A DNA stretch of 64,000 bases. It comes from Hydrolagus colliei (taxonomy: Eukaryota). Numbering within the stretch: the stretch's first letter is position 1; each line of letters starts with the position of its first letter. Below are positions 13,616 to 27,890 of the stretch, piece after piece. The notes beneath the pieces are model-generated. The model did not search any database. It was not told the origin of the DNA and saw nothing but the letters and a program-made list of their open reading frames with translations. The position numbers and the translations under genes were made by a program. The stretch lies in NCBI GenBank assembly GCA_035084275.1, contig CM068750.1, positions 14,260,001 to 14,324,000 of the forward strand. Direction: 5' to 3'.

Positions 13616-16600
13616 ATGGACGTTATGTGTTATTTTTTCCTGACTGAACCAGACCTTTCGAATGATACACATACTATCAGGGATGGGGCTGCCTCTTATG
13701 GATTTATTTGCCTACTTTGGCCCTAGTAAACACAAGGAAATTTGACTCCTAGGTGAAGGGCAATGAAACTACTGGGGAATGGTTTATACTTGGGGACTGG
13801 AAATGATTTCCTGTGTTGCAATTCTCTGTTTCAATCAAGGGATCGAACATAAACCTAAATGGTCATGTTTTTAATCTGTGTTTTAAGTGCATGACTATCC
13901 ACCGAGTTGCTTTTCCCCCTCCCCCCATTTTTATGGCTCATTGTGTTGTGTAATCTTAGTCCAGGACCTGACACATTTTTGGAGTATTTGGGACGAGGAA
14001 GGGAATGTGGGGAACAGTGGGGGCGCGGGGGGTGGGAGAGAATCAGAATTTAACAAACAAAACATGTCAGAAAGCTGAGAAAATAAGCTTTCTGTAAACT
14101 GCCTAAATTCTGTTGATTTCCTTCCCCCTTTCCCCTCCCCTTTCCTTGCAGGAACAGCAAATTATATTCCCCATCTTCCTGGCCTCAAGCCAAGTTCCCG
14201 CACAGAACACTCACAACGTAAGCGATGCGAAAACAATTTTTTTTCTCTCTCTGGCACCCAAATTCCACTGTTGATTCAATTATGTACTCACTTCATCTTT
14301 CTCGCTATTGTAACCCTCACATCTACGCCCTTCCCTTTTGTCTGAATCAGCACACACTCAATCCCTCCTCCACTGAGCACACAATCAGACCTCCCGACAG
14401 TCTGCAAGTGCAGCAAAAGCATTTGCCTTGCTACAAACTGCCGATGCACACACACACTGCAGATGATGGTACAAGTACAACTGCCTGTAGCGGCTCTTGT
14501 CTTGTTTAATGAGTGACATTACCTACGTACAGCACTGGTGGAACTTAGAGAAGGTTGTGCCTACAAACAAAAATATGGGATGTCACCAAACTGCAACTAG
14601 TGAATATTAGATGAATGAAAATAGGCAAGAATGAGTGTCCTCTAAGTCTGGGATTCAAACGTGCAACGCTGTACCTCAAGTGTAAATGTAATACTGTAAG
14701 AACAACCAGGCCAGCCAATAAAATCAGCAAAGAAGGAGAGGTCCCATTACAGGGAACTGTGAGTTATCAAAAATAATGCTTGGATAACCTATTAAACTCA
14801 AGCTATTGCTGCTGAAAGAGTGAGCTCAAGCGTATTAGTGCAGTTATTCACCAACGACACACGTTGTTTGTTTTCATTCAACCACCAGGCCTGATTCGTA
14901 TTCTATATAATTCATGCAATAAAATAATTGCTTTTGCAAGTTTGAATATCATTTGGGTTTACCAGTCTGTCATCTTTGCTTCGTGTGGGTATTAAGCGCA
15001 CTGAGATGCCCATGTCCAGCGTGGAGGGCGCTATATAAATCGAAGTTGTTGTTGTGGTGGTGTTTAAATACAGAGTGCTACCTGCGGTGATGTTATGAAC
15101 TTTGGACAAGAGTGACATGATTTAAAAAAATTAAATGGAGATTTTCCCACTGCATTACTCAAGCATTTTTAAAACAACGACAAAATTACATTTGTACAGC
15201 AGAGCGCTGTTCACGTCGTCCCATTTTGTGGTCAACCGTGGGAAAAGTAAATGCAGCAAATGTGCATAATAATAATAATCCTTGCGTGGATCAGACCCTC
15301 AAGGGAAAAGTGTTAGCTAATTGGAAGAGGCCCCTGTATTTAAAATTGGTACATAATGTTATCAAAGTTTATCAACACTACATCAACAGCAGAGCAATTT
15401 TTTTACTCTGAAGCAAAGAGCAAATCATCAGAGGGTTAAATGCAACATTAATTCCCAAACACAGAGTGTTCACAAAGTCCTGTTATCCACAACTGTGTTT
15501 CTTCTTACAATTAATTTTTATTTTCTGCTGCAGATGTCAAGTGTAACAATGTCTGCTACATGGTGACAGATCATTATTTGCCATCACACCGATCCTCTGG
15601 ATTTCTAAATACAGTTAAACACTAGAACTGAATACAGTTAAATCCTGTACTGTACTTCTAATTACAATTCTCAGCATTCTTTCACGTTTTGTTGTTCGTC
15701 AGTGCACTGTGTGAAAAAAACACGAGAGTAACAGGATTTTGTGAACGCCATATAGAATTTTGAGCTCCAATATTTATATTTATATGTAAATATTAATATT
15801 TACCATTTAAATATATTTAAGGGATTTCTGAATTGCTTGCAATGGAAACAAACGTTAGGTGAGAAACAGCGTAGCAATGATACGAATAAACTGAAATAAA
15901 ACAAGTTTGCTGTGCATAAAGCTGAATTACGATTCTGCAACAGTTACAAACCTAAGCCCCAATTGATGACAAACCTCCAATGTAAGAGAAAGGCAATCAA
16001 CGAGCAATCATACAATCCGAAATTCAAGGTATTCAGCCGCAGTAAAGTGACAGTCTCAACCAGGAATAAGGAGAAACCTAAGAGGCCTAGGGTTGCTTAG
16101 AATCAGTGCATCAAGTCCATGAAATTTTCACTAGAAAAAGCCCTTAGGCATAATAATTGGTGCTTCAATAGATCAGTGTGAATGAGTGGGTGCACTATTT
16201 TGTGTTTGATAAACTGTGTGCGAATGAAAATCAATGGAAAATGGTCAAACAACAATTCGGAGGAAAGGAGATAGTATTAACCGAGCTCTGTTTGATACAC
16301 ACTGAGGTAGGGGGAAGAATAAAGAGGAGCGCTTCAGAGGACATTTTGTTTTTCGATTCCTCTCAATGCTTCCTTTTGTGGAAAAGCATTAAAAGCTGAG
16401 ACCAGGAATCATTCTAAATAAACCCATCTCACTGCTGTGGTTCACCTTTTCTTTGTTCTCAAAATCCCCTCTCCACTGTCTCACTGTGAATCGGCGGTGG
16501 GGAGGGGAAAGGGTAAAAAAAAAATTACTGAAAATCTTTTATTGCTTGAATACAGTACTCTGAATCAATGGCTGTAGCTGCATTCAACGACGCTCAACTT

Positions 16601-16934
16601 TGAAAAAAAAAGGATTTTCAGACGCGAGGAAGACTGAAGTAATTTGCTCTGCAAGAGTCTGTCTTCCACTGCAGCAGCTCCAGGGAGTCAAATCACACTC
16701 TCCCAGATTAGATTCCACAGCTGGCATATGATACAGCAGAAATGTGCTGGCATTTTTAGCCCCTGCTCTATCATACATCCAGATCAGGGGGAGGAAATCA
16801 ACACCGTGATCATCATTTACCGCCACAGAAATGCTTATGGGGTGTGTGGGGGGGTGGGGGACGGTGTAGAGGGGATGCTTGTCAACCAACCTACAGAATA
16901 TTGAACAAAGATTAAAAAAAATTAGGAATACACA

Positions 16935-17010
16935 AAACAGTACATTGTGTGAAGCACTTTGAGATGTGAAGTGATACAGCGTTGTATCAAATGCAATAAT
17001 TATTATTATT
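16935..17010 (+). mobile_element. SINE tail
   Basis: gtgaagcactttgagatgtg ... aaatgcaataattattattatt. Confidence 0.75.
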
Positions 17011-18949
17011 TGAGCAACAATATTCAACAGAAAATGTTGTTAATCATAATGTTAAACTCTACTGCTACTGACTGCAGATATTTGCATGAAGTCATTCAAT
17101 CATTGCACCTATTTAAACCCTGACCCAATCATCAACACTGTGCAATGTATGTATAGTACTGTATTCTGCTCCTACACAGACTGCATTGCTCCATTTCAAA
17201 GTGTTGTGTTATTACAAGAACCTTCCACCCACCTTCTCTTCCCCCAGTCCACACCCACCCCCACCCCCCCAACAATGCAACAGTATTCCTTTCTGCCAAC
17301 CGACAACCCCATTAGCAAATGCCATACTTGATGTACTGTATTTAGCTTGTGTCAAGAGACGCAAAATAGCAGGCGAGGGTCAGCCATTAAATCTGTGTGC
17401 CAATTCCACAAAGCCATTTTTGAAATCCAACCGTCGGCCATCCTGTGGCCAAACCTTCACTGCATTATTCTGCCGAATAATCCATTTCTCAGACTGTGTG
17501 GTATTCTGCGCACATGCCATGGTAATAAAAGCCCACTTAAATGAGAGGCACAGCAGCTGCCAGAATATGGAGCGGCTAAAAATAAAGGCACAGCAGAATT
17601 AGCCTTTGCGGCATGACAGTCAGAAAGGAGCAGCTATTGCGCTTCTCTTCTGTCACTGTTCCGAAGCATCAATTATCCAAAGAAATATAATTTGTGAATA
17701 ATACTTTCAACCAGATTAAGTGTTCTCTTTTAAAATACCTCAACTTGGGGGCATACTTTGAAACCAAAATGGGAAGCCTTTTCAGCTTTGTTGATGCAAA
17801 TTCAAATGACCAAAGCCCACAGGGCTCTGAAACGGGTTGTCATTCATGGCTCTGTGCTGTGATTTTGAAAAACAAACTCACAAGTGATTTTTTTTTCTAG
17901 AAAAAATAATACAGTATCTTGTGTTGGGCGAAGGATAACCAGTGGATTTAAAATCTCTGCAGGCATTCACTTTTTCCTGCCTTTCTAAAAAGCCTCTGTA
18001 ATTCCTTGTATTTATTGTCGATATTTGTTGTCAATGTTGCTGGGTGCAAAAGACAACGCTCTACAGAATACCTTATGTTGGATCTTTACAACATTTACAT
18101 AGCATCCTTCATGTGGAATCATATTTCCGTGCTCTTTACAGTGACAACAACAACAACTTGTATTTATATAGCGCCTCCTCATGTAACATAGTGTTCCAGA
18201 GTGACGGAGACTGATTAGCACAGTCGAAAAGGTAGGTTCAAGTTAAGACTTAAAGATTGTTAGGGGTTGGGCTGGTGGGGGCTGGGGTGGGGGGGGGGGG
18301 GAGCAGAGGGGTAGATGAATGAGTTCCAGAGGTAGGCAGTCTAAAAAATACTGCTCACGGAACGGTCAGGAACAAATATAACACCTGAAAATGGTAACTC
18401 ATTTACCAGCTGCAGTAGGATTTCCAACCTACTGTATTCACTGTACCAACTTCCTTTTATTTGTTCAGGCCATAAACAGCTTGCATATGCTTCAGAGGAT
18501 TTATTCAGCAATTATGTTATCATAAATGAACTACGCTCCTAAAATAAAGCAGTTCAGAAACCTGTGCATATGTAAGTGCTGCTCAGAGTGATTGTCTTTA
18601 ATACTCTAATAGGTTACTACTGTCTGACCCTTCATTTTTCCAACCCCAATATTTAAATTAGCACACAATAGGTGTACACCTCCCTCAGTCACAGAAGAGT
18701 AAGTACCCTGAATATCAGTGATATAATGGATTTTCCAGCAAAATGCAGTCACTGTTTTTTATAATGTATCCTGTGAAGCGCACTCTTCTGACGCAAAATA
18801 CTCAGCCAAACAGGGATCATTAATGGTAATTTTAATCGGAATAGCCCCTGGGAACAAATTCTCCCGACTAGAGTTGTCGCAAACACTTTTGTAGATTACT
18901 GTACAATGCAGAGATTACAAGGAGCCATTCATTGCTTCACCAGACAGAT

Positions 18950-18980
18950 AGAGAGAGAGAGAGAGAGACAGAGGGAGAGA
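18950..18980. repeat. (GA)n microsatellite
   Basis: Seen directly. Confidence 0.9.
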
Positions 18981-21288
18981 ATTGCATGACAGTACAGGAT
19001 TGTTTCTGGGGCTTACAGCAGCACAGGCGTGTAACATGTACCGACTACAACTGTTTGTGCAGGAACGCACCGCTGGGACTGCAAGCTGCATCACATGACT
19101 GTCTGGTCCAGTAATCAGTCAACCATAGTTAATTCCATCTGTGTCCACATGCCTCCACATTCCTTTGGCTGTCTCCGAGCGTATTCAATCACGCAGAAAG
19201 TCATGCTTTCAGTGTGGAAAACATGCACAACTGAGTTAAACATCCATCCTTTTTTTTAAAAACAAATTACTGATCTACTATAATTACTATAAATCTTGTG
19301 CGATCAGAAAACCCGGTAACGAAAAAAGCAGCAAACATTACAAATATGTTTAAACAAGTTTTGTTTTGTGTGTGTGCGTTGGGGGTGGGGGTGGGGGGTG
19401 GGGTAATGCATGCATTATTATTGGTGGTATGTGTCAGAGTAACTGAGAGCAGGAAAGACTGCAACTGTATATAGCCTGTGCAAGAAGCGGGAAAGACTGC
19501 TCTGATCGAATTACATTTGTTCCACATCTGCCCCTTGCCTTTGGATCTGTGAATTCACTGCACACCCACCTATCAGACAAACATACGTTTTAAGCATAAT
19601 TTTTAAACTTTTCATTGAACTGAAAAAGTAAACCATGCTCAATTTTAACTGCTGTGTGAAATACCAGGCCAGCAGACTCTTAACCCTCTTGTTAAAAACG
19701 CTTTACTTTTGTGCTTTTGCCACAAAGCTCCAGATGGGAACCTAAATCAAACCAGACATGGAAAGGGTTCGATTTTCAGCCAGTTTCAGTTCAGCTCAAC
19801 TTAACTTATGATTTAAGCAAGCACAAACTTTTAAAAAAACAGTACTGGGAGGATCTTTTCAGGAAAAATCCTAGACACTTTTTTTCTTTGAATGACCAAG
19901 TCTCTTGTTCCACACTGTAACCTGACTCCCCACGCAGAGTCTGTTCAGGATCCTCCAGTTTATGTGACAGCGAATGTTGTTAAGAGAACTGGAGGACGGG
20001 TAGTGAGTGAGTACCCATTACAGACACACTCGCTTGTACCTAGAAATTCCACCAACAGATCAAAAACTTTACCGACCTGATGTGGACTGTATAATTAGGG
20101 CAGGGATACACCACCTTACGGAGTGTGCCAAAGGCAGTAACTAAACGAGACACACAGATGGAAGTAGTTAGCAGCACCAGAAATAAACTGGCCTGCTCCC
20201 AGTATTTCCTTGTTCTTAAATTCTCCATGATGCAGAGATGAGAGTCAGAGCAGTCATACCATTGCATAGCTGTGCAACAGTACTTTTACACCACATGCAC
20301 ACGATAGCTTAACTCATGTACCCCTAAAATACATTTTAGTTACACAACTTAAGATTGTCAGTTTATCACTTTAAAAAATTCCAGTTGAAATTACCATTAT
20401 TCCCTTTCTCCATTCCTCCCCAAGGTAAAAAAAAATTGTTTGTGGGATACTGTTGGCTGCCGCATTTCACCTATAAAATATACAATTCACTTTACAGTAT
20501 ATTCCGTGATGCCCTTTTTGAGATGTCAAGTCAAGGTTGAGAAAGGTTTACCATGGATTTAAACAGAGGCTTCAGAGTGTTTATCATAGCATATTAAGGA
20601 AAGCTGAGTGCAAATGAGTGAATGTGTTTTTTTTAAACTATTTATGCTTTTACGAAATGGTTAAATTCATATGGCATTTAAGGTACGTCTTTTTTAAAAA
20701 AATTAAAGCACTTTCTATGGTAAATACAACTTCAATGCAGACATTAATTAATGGTCTGGATCAAAACAAGTTCAAAAAAGAACTTGTTGATTGTATTTGT
20801 TGGATATGTGGGCAAAAACAAATTCCTTGTTTAAGCCCTCATATCCAGCACCCATTTTGTTAGATGCTAGATTTTAATCAAACAGTTCAGTGACGTGCCA
20901 GTGAGTGGTGGAAAGAAAGCCGTGAGCTCACAAATCCACACATAATGAATGAACTTTGATCTCTGTTGCTTTAGCAAGAGGAGGAACCCAGCTGACACCA
21001 GGTCATTATCCATTGGCAGACTGGGAGAGCGGATTGGCTGACTTACAGAACGACATTGGTGGGAGGGCAGGAAGCAGCTTGCTTTGCCCTGACTATAAGG
21101 TTTGAGGCCCGAAATTCCACTTAAGTCTTAGCTCACAGGACCATTCATTTTAGCCTAAAATGTAAGACTGTGCAGAACTGAGGAAAGTGCTTGAGTTCTG
21201 TCTTAATTTGGAAGGCTCTTTCCCACAGTTCTTAAAAAAGAACAGATGTCAAATTAAGACCCAATTTCAGACTTTGGCTGAAATTGGC

Positions 21289-21329
21289 TGTCATGTTTCC
21301 TTATAAAGATTGTCATGTTTCCTTATAAA
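21289..21329. repeat. Tandem duplication of tgtcatgtttccttataaa (period 22)
   Basis: Two exact 19-nt copies. Confidence 0.9.
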
Positions 21330-21484
21330 TATAGTGCCTACCACTCATCAATAACTCCTGTGAAGCACTTTTGAAATGTGATTAGGAGCTAAATTAAATG
21401 CAAGTGTTATTAATAAATTTAACCAACAAGGTCTTAAAACATTGCTTGATGGACTTTGTAAGTAATTTAACCATTGAAAGCATT

Positions 21485-21507
21485 CACACACACACACACA
21501 CACACAC
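21485..21507. repeat. (CA)n microsatellite
   Basis: Seen directly. Confidence 0.95.
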
Positions 21508-22029
21508 GTGAAAATCACATTCATGACTTCAATGCTAATTGACCAAGATCGCTTGCATCTGTACACATGGCAGAGCCAGCAGACCTCAAGAACGTCAACA
21601 CAAAGACCCACCGTGCGCACTGCTTTTCATTGAACCAGCTTCAATCACAGCAATTCAGAACACTTGCTTATCAGTTAATAAGATGAGCTCTCTGGCTGTG
21701 CTGACCAACCAAGAGCTGACAGTTCCCATAGCGACAGGTTCAGACAGAAATACCCAGGTTCTGCTCAGGTTGGTCGCAGACTCCATGTTGCATTTTGGGT
21801 GTTGGGAGCCTAATTATAGACTTCCGTTTACAACTGAATTCACTCCCTCCATATATAGTACATGTCACTGCAGTGTAAAGACATTGTGTTGTTATTAAAA
21901 TTCCCAAATACAAATTTAAGCTGGATTGTTTAATTTTTCCCATATTGTCTCTGCCTCTCCGACCTTTCGGGAAAACAGTGATTTATATTTAGGAGGCAGT
22001 TCCAATGGTGTCTGGGGCTCTACTGTACA

Positions 22030-22290
22030 ACGTGAAATAAACTTAAGCCTTGACATACATCACAACCCACGTCTGACCCTGTCCTCGCTCAATATCATGC
22101 ACGTCCACTTTTAACTAGGGTTGGCAATCAGGGCTGGGAACTCCATCCAGTTTATTTTAAAACACTTCCTAAACTGGAATTCTTGAGGCCAATTGTAGCT
22201 TCCTTGCTGCTACTCTTGCTGAGATCAGCTAATTCAGCAAAGACGACTCAATGAACCGGAGACCTTTCTGCACTGTGCCACACCACATGA
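22030..22290 (-). mobile_element. Ancient SINE, same family
   Basis: gaggccaattgtagc ... gctgagatcagctaattcagca. Confidence 0.65.
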
Positions 22291-23604
22291 CAGATTTTAA
22301 TTTTAAACAGTTGGAAGAAAAGCAGTATTGCTGTAGTAAAATGTTATCTTTTTGAGGTTTCTTGGCACCACAACTTGACTCTCCTCAATCTATGCCTAAT
22401 AAACAGGGTGCAGGGTTCACCCCCCCAGGAGAGTGAGTGCACATTCCGGACAAAGGAATATATCTGTGCATAGGTGACATGCATGGAACTCTCCGTCTGG
22501 TTTGATATTCATAAGCATGTGGATCAGCTGACCAAAATATAGACCCAATTAAAATGCTAGGTTCTTAGAAAGATTCTGAAATAAAATGAGTGAAGTTGTG
22601 AGGCAAAGGGGTTGTGGGAAAGAACTCCAGAGTATGAGGGTAAAGTGGCTGTATGTTCATTGTCAATGGTAGGGTGGAGGGAGCAGGAGACAGGCAATGG
22701 GTGTGGGTTAACGCACAGCATGGAGAGTAGAAATACACCAGGCAACAGAAGCTGGGGCGTGGAGTAGGGTGGAGGAGTTTTAAAGTTAGAATGTAAATCT
22801 TAAAATTGATCTGTTGAAGAAAAGGCTAATTCAGCCCTAATTGACAGAATCACATCATCTCTGACAGCTGCTAAAGTGCTAAGCAAAACCCAATTGATAG
22901 TGAGCAACCGACCGCAGGATAAACTGCTTGTGTTTGTGCTGTGGAGATCTTTACCCTACATCCAATCTCAGCTAAATTATACCTGACCTAGAGTGGGTTG
23001 ATGCTGACAGAATGTAGGAAGCATTAACAAATGGTACATTAGCCAGCACTAATATAATCTGACTCAATGAACACAATGCATTAATAGAAAAATAAGCATG
23101 TGCAGTTCGTTGCATGTGCATCGCACTGACTTTGCATTGAGTTGCTGGATATTGGTTTATACCCACAAAATAGGAAAGTGCCTGAAAGCACCACCTGGAT
23201 AATGGAATTCTTTGCTCACCAGAAGCTTGTTTTCATTAAATATCCTTAATCTTCTGCTGCATTTCTGCTCCAAAATAGCAGAGTTGATAAATGCCATGGG
23301 GTTTTGACTTGTAGTTAAGCGCTGGTTTAGATCTGAAATGTCAGACGAGTCTGGTAATATTGTTCTACACTTCAAAACTTTCTTAAGCGGCACTTGAAAT
23401 TCTGTACATCCCAATTTTCAGTACACTGATAATGCAATCTTTTATATATGGATTATTTTTGACCATGCTTTTAGTCACCTTTACCCACTCCTACCTTAGC
23501 TTCCCCCTAACTCCACTCAGGCTGTCAGTCAACGTTGTGACTTTGCGATATTTGCTCCCTATGAAGGCACTATATAAGTGTAAAAAAATCAATGTTGTCA
23601 ACCT

Positions 23605-23905
23605 GCTCAGTCGGTAGCACTCTAGCATTGGGGTCCGAAGGTTGTGGGTTCAAGTTGCACGACGGGAGCTTTGAGCTAGTAGCCTAGGCTGCCACCGCAG
23701 TGAAGGGTAGGAGGAGAGCTGAATTGTCAGTGGTGTGCTCCTTTGGATGAACCATCTAATCAAGTCGCTTTTGCCTCTTGATGTGGATGTAAAGAACCCA
23801 TGGCACTATATAAAATGAGAAGGGTACTTCTTCCAGATTATTATTAATGAAAAGGCTGATTTAAAGATTATCACTCATGAAGAAAGTTTTTGCTCTGCAA
23901 ATCTG
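23605..23905 (+). mobile_element. Deu-core tRNA SINE (SacSINE1/AmnSINE1-like), degenerate
   Basis: gctcagtcggtagcactc ... gtgggttcaag head; Deu-like gtggatgtaaagaacccatggcactat. Confidence 0.7.
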
Positions 23906-24860
23906 GTTTTGATATTATTTTGCAAAGGCTACATAGCAGAAAAGCTTGATGGCACCTAACCTATCTTGCTTTCTCTGCTAAGCCATTTCTAGATATTGGT
24001 GCTGTACTCGGTTACAGACTTGAATATTCACTTAAGTTCTCAACAAAACAAAATTTATATGTTCAGAAACCCATAAAGAGCATTGAGCGATTTACAGAGA
24101 CGTAAAAATCCTCCAATGTTTTAAAAGCCACCCACTGTAATAAAGTCTTTTATTTTAACACACTTCCTCAGTAAAAAGTATCCAAATCTATATCAGGCAT
24201 GTATATTGCGGTGATTAACTAGATCAGTTAAGTTGTGTCTTAAAGAGCAGATACAAGAGAATTTTATTTTACTACTTCTTTTAAATGAGAACTATTGTGT
24301 GTTAAAAAGATAGTATTCCGGACAAAAATACAAATGAGGTTTATTCTTTATTTTATTATTATTATGTCATGTTTAAGATCACCTCCCCTTACCCCTCCTC
24401 CCCCACTCAGTTTTCTACTGTATCCTCACGAAGTGCTCCAAGAGGTTACGGTATTCCATATGAAGGGCACCAAATAAATGTAAGTTGTTGTTGATTAAAT
24501 AGAAAGAAAGTCATTCAATCTGGTGCAGGCTGATTCCATTCCAGAAATGTGGACCCAAGGTTATGGTTTTAAAATATAAAATGCAAATGCAAGAATTATT
24601 AAAATGAAACTCATGGCATTTAAAATCCAAATAGCACTCAAAATTGGTGTAAGTCACATTGAATGCATGTTCTTCTGACTTTCTGGAACAGTGTCCCTGC
24701 AGATTTAATGGATGCTGCCTTTTACAAATATCACAGCTGCCTTCCAAGGTAGCTGGACTACCCCAATTCTGTTGCCTTGAATAAAATCTGATTAAATACA
24801 GCAACACTTTTGTTTTGCATTATCAATCCAGCTGACAAATACTTTACTGCAATTTACATG

Positions 24861-25203
24861 TCAGCTGGTAGCACTCTCCCCTACCTCTAGGTCAGAACGT
24901 TGAGTTCAAGCCCTGAGACAGTCGATAGTCTCCAGACTGACACTTCAGTGCAGTACTGGGAGAGTGCTGGTTTGCCATCTTTGAAATGAAATGTTACACC
25001 ACAATGCCTTCTGCTTATTCAAGTGGGCATTACAGATAATACAACAAAAATTTGGTGAGTTGTCCTGACCAACAACTCTCCAAATTATATTGGCTATTCA
25101 TTACAAAGCAACTTGTGGGACCTTGCTGCTGTGTTTGTTAAGAAAAAAGACAGCAAATTTGAGAATAATTGCTCATGAAGCACTTGGATAAGGCAATATA
25201 AAA
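24861..25203 (+). mobile_element. Deu-core SINE, degenerate
   Basis: ctgacacttcagtgcagtactgggagagtgctg ... gtgggaccttgctg. Confidence 0.72.
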
Positions 25204-25748
25204 ACCTTTCATCAGAGTAATAAAAAAAAGAACTATTGCAAAGGTTTACAGTGAAAATCTTCTTGTGATATTAAATCAAAAGATGCATATCTGGGCATAT
25301 TTTCCAAACCATCTAAAATGAACATTCAGTATAACCACATTTAAGGTTGTCCCAGCATATACATATTGCCTCCCCCTTCGAAAATATATCTTTTAACTCA
25401 CAGTGTGGGTGCTAATCAGTGGAAATAATTTCTACATTTCCATACCCAGAACATTGTGGCAGCAGGAACTACATTCCAATTATCATTATTATTATTATTA
25501 ATTCCTACAGATCCCTCAGTCCCAGAAAACTACTCACTTACCCCCCTCTAATTCAACATTTTAATTTATCGATTTGTCAGAGTTGGTTTAAATCTGTAGC
25601 CATGTAACTCATATACAGTACCATCTTTTCACAAATACTGTGTATGTTTAATAAAAATCTTGTTGAGAATATTTGAAATTCTCTACGCTTAGCGAATGCA
25701 ATGATTGACTTCAAGGGCTGTGAAACATTAACATAATATCCAAATATT

Positions 25749-26052
25749 GTGGAGTCCTGCAATTCAGTGGTTGGAGCACTCACCTCACAAACGAGAGACC
25801 TGGTTTTGATTCCTGGCAGCGCAAAACCATGGGCAAATTTCCTTACTCCACACACCAGATAACAATTTAAAACAATAATAAATTGGTCCCTTCAATCCAC
25901 AACTGTTTGTGGGACACAGCTGTATGCAAATGGCTGATGCGTTTTGGCCATGAAGATACAGTCAATTCACTTTACAGTATATTCTGTGAAGTACTTTCAG
26001 ATGTCTAGAAGATGTGAGAAGTGCTATATCAACTGCAAGGATTATTATTATT
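25749..26052 (+). mobile_element. Full-length tRNA-derived SINE with L2-type (TTA)n tail (resembles elephant-shark SINE2-1_CM; name tentative)
   Basis: gtggagtcctgcaattcagtggtt head, B-box-like ggttttgattcc, tail aactgcaagg(att)n. Confidence 0.85.
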
Positions 26053-26364
26053 AAATCCTCAGAATTTTTAACCTTTCTTGATTCATGTTTTACATTTATA
26101 TTTAGTAGGCAATGAATCATGAAGCTCATTAGTTGAAATAGCTCTAGGGCAAATACATATACAGTAATAGGATATGCTTTTAGGATTGCATTGGGTACCT
26201 GAATTTGCACTAAAATGAGTTTGTAGAGAATCCTCAGGGTTTCAGTCAGTCACTTCTACAGAGATGGGAGAATGTTCATGTAACTCAATGAAAAAAGTCC
26301 TCCATCTTCAAAATATAATTACAATGGTTCTTAAATACCAGCAAACATGGCATAAACAGAATGT

Positions 26365-26975
26365 TGCTAGGATGGATCTTAGATTCCTCTGGGTGATGGG
26401 AAGCCAATGGAGTCAGGCAAGAATGGGAGAGATGGGGTCATGGAGCTTGGGAATGGTAGAGGACTCAAGCCGCAGAGTTCTGGATTATCTGCAGCCTATG
26501 GAGAGAGGAGTTGGGAAGGTCAACAAGCAAGTCATTGGTGTAGTCGAACCTGGATGTGATCAAGGCATGAATGAGGGTTTCAGTGGCCTGAGGGCTGAGG
26601 TAGTGGTCTAGTTGGCAATGGTGTGGAGGTGAGGGAAGTCAGAGTGGGTCATGGCTTGGATGTGAGGGAGGAAAGACAGTTGAGGATCGAACAAGACACC
26701 TAGGTTCTTGACTGGCTTGGTGAGGTGGCATGTATAACCATGGAGGTTGATGCTGCCAGTGCCTGATATGTGAAGGCGCTGGCACGAGCCAATCAGGAGG
26801 ACCTCAGTCTTGTTGAAATTCAACTGTAGAAAGGTAGCTCTCATCCAGGACTTGACGTCTGACAGGCAGTCTGTCAGGACAGCAGTGGTCCTGAAGTCAA
26901 GGTAGAAAGATAGAGTTGGGTATCTCCGCATACATGCGGAAGTTGACCCAATGTCTGCGAATGATGGCGCTAAGA
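26365..26975 (-). mobile_element. L2 LINE ORF2 reverse-transcriptase fragment (frameshifted)
   Basis: IIRRHWVNFRMYA[frameshift]DTQL (decayed YADD motif), CLSDVKSWM...LQLNFNKTEVLLIG, VKNLGVLFDPQLSF; typical of L2/CR1-group RT. Confidence 0.92.
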
Positions 26976-27644
26976 TATTGAAACCATTCGAGCTTGAGGC
27001 AGATTGTTGAAGAGCTTTTCCGTCTGGTTAATCTGGGTGTGTTGATACCAACAACACCCTTAGGTTAACCAACCCCCCTCCATCCTTTCAAATAGAATGG
27101 ATTTATTTCCCAACTTCAATGTGGACACAAAATTAATGTTAAGTAAAACAAGCTTGAATTGGTGAGAGCGAGCGGGTCTGTGTCATCCTCATTTTAACAG
27201 AATAATTCTCAACGTTTTTAACACCAGACAGCAGTCTTTGCAACCATTTATTATTGTTGTTCCACTGATCACCGCTAGGGGGATATCACTACCTCTTCTT
27301 CCTGCAGTGCATTCTAAGAAGCCTTCATTGCTAGCTGCTCATGTGCTTTGAGCTATGCCATAACATTTTCCACTGAGTTCTGGCTCGCAAAGAAGCAAGT
27401 TTCATATTGTATGTGAGCCAAAAGTCTCTGGAAAGTTTCATAGTCAGTTGACAGAAAATGAGCTGGCTAGAGAACGTTCCCAGAGTACAGTATGCTGACA
27501 TTCGCCCCCAGTGCTGAAACAATTCCATTACAAGTTGGTTACCTATGCAAAACAGCCACAAAAATGTTTAGAACACGAGCCTCAATGCTGCACAGGAAAG
27601 TACTGCAATTCATGACTTTTAAAATGAGCTGTTCAAAGAGCAAA

Positions 27645-27890
27645 ATAATACTTGCAATGTGGGTTAACACACAATTGAGCATCTCAAAGTGTTTCACAGG
27701 ATTTTACTGTGAAGTGCAGTGAATGTGGTATGTGTAATAATCCTTGCATTTGATGTAGCATCTTATCACGTCTTTGAGACATCTCAAAGCACTTCAGACA
27801 ATAATGTAATGCGTAGTGAAAGTTTTTTGTGGGCAAAACACGGCTGCCAATTGCGCACAGCAGTGACCCACAAACACTTGAATGACCATA
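27645..27890 (-). mobile_element. Two tandem SINE tails
   Basis: catctcaaag occurs twice; second copy reads taataatccttgcatttgatgtagc ... ggctgccaattgcgcacagc. Confidence 0.8.

Noticed and set aside
16584-17602. 147-aa and 138-aa ORFs
   Set aside because: They run through a SINE tail or C-rich low-complexity tracts; no protein features
21105-21285. Possible decayed non-autonomous DNA transposon (similar hints near 5.9, 8.6, 23.3 and 52.5 kb)
   Set aside because: No TIR pair or TSD could be established by eye
26608-26931. 107-aa ORF as a host gene
   Set aside because: Frameshifted L2 reverse-transcriptase remnant
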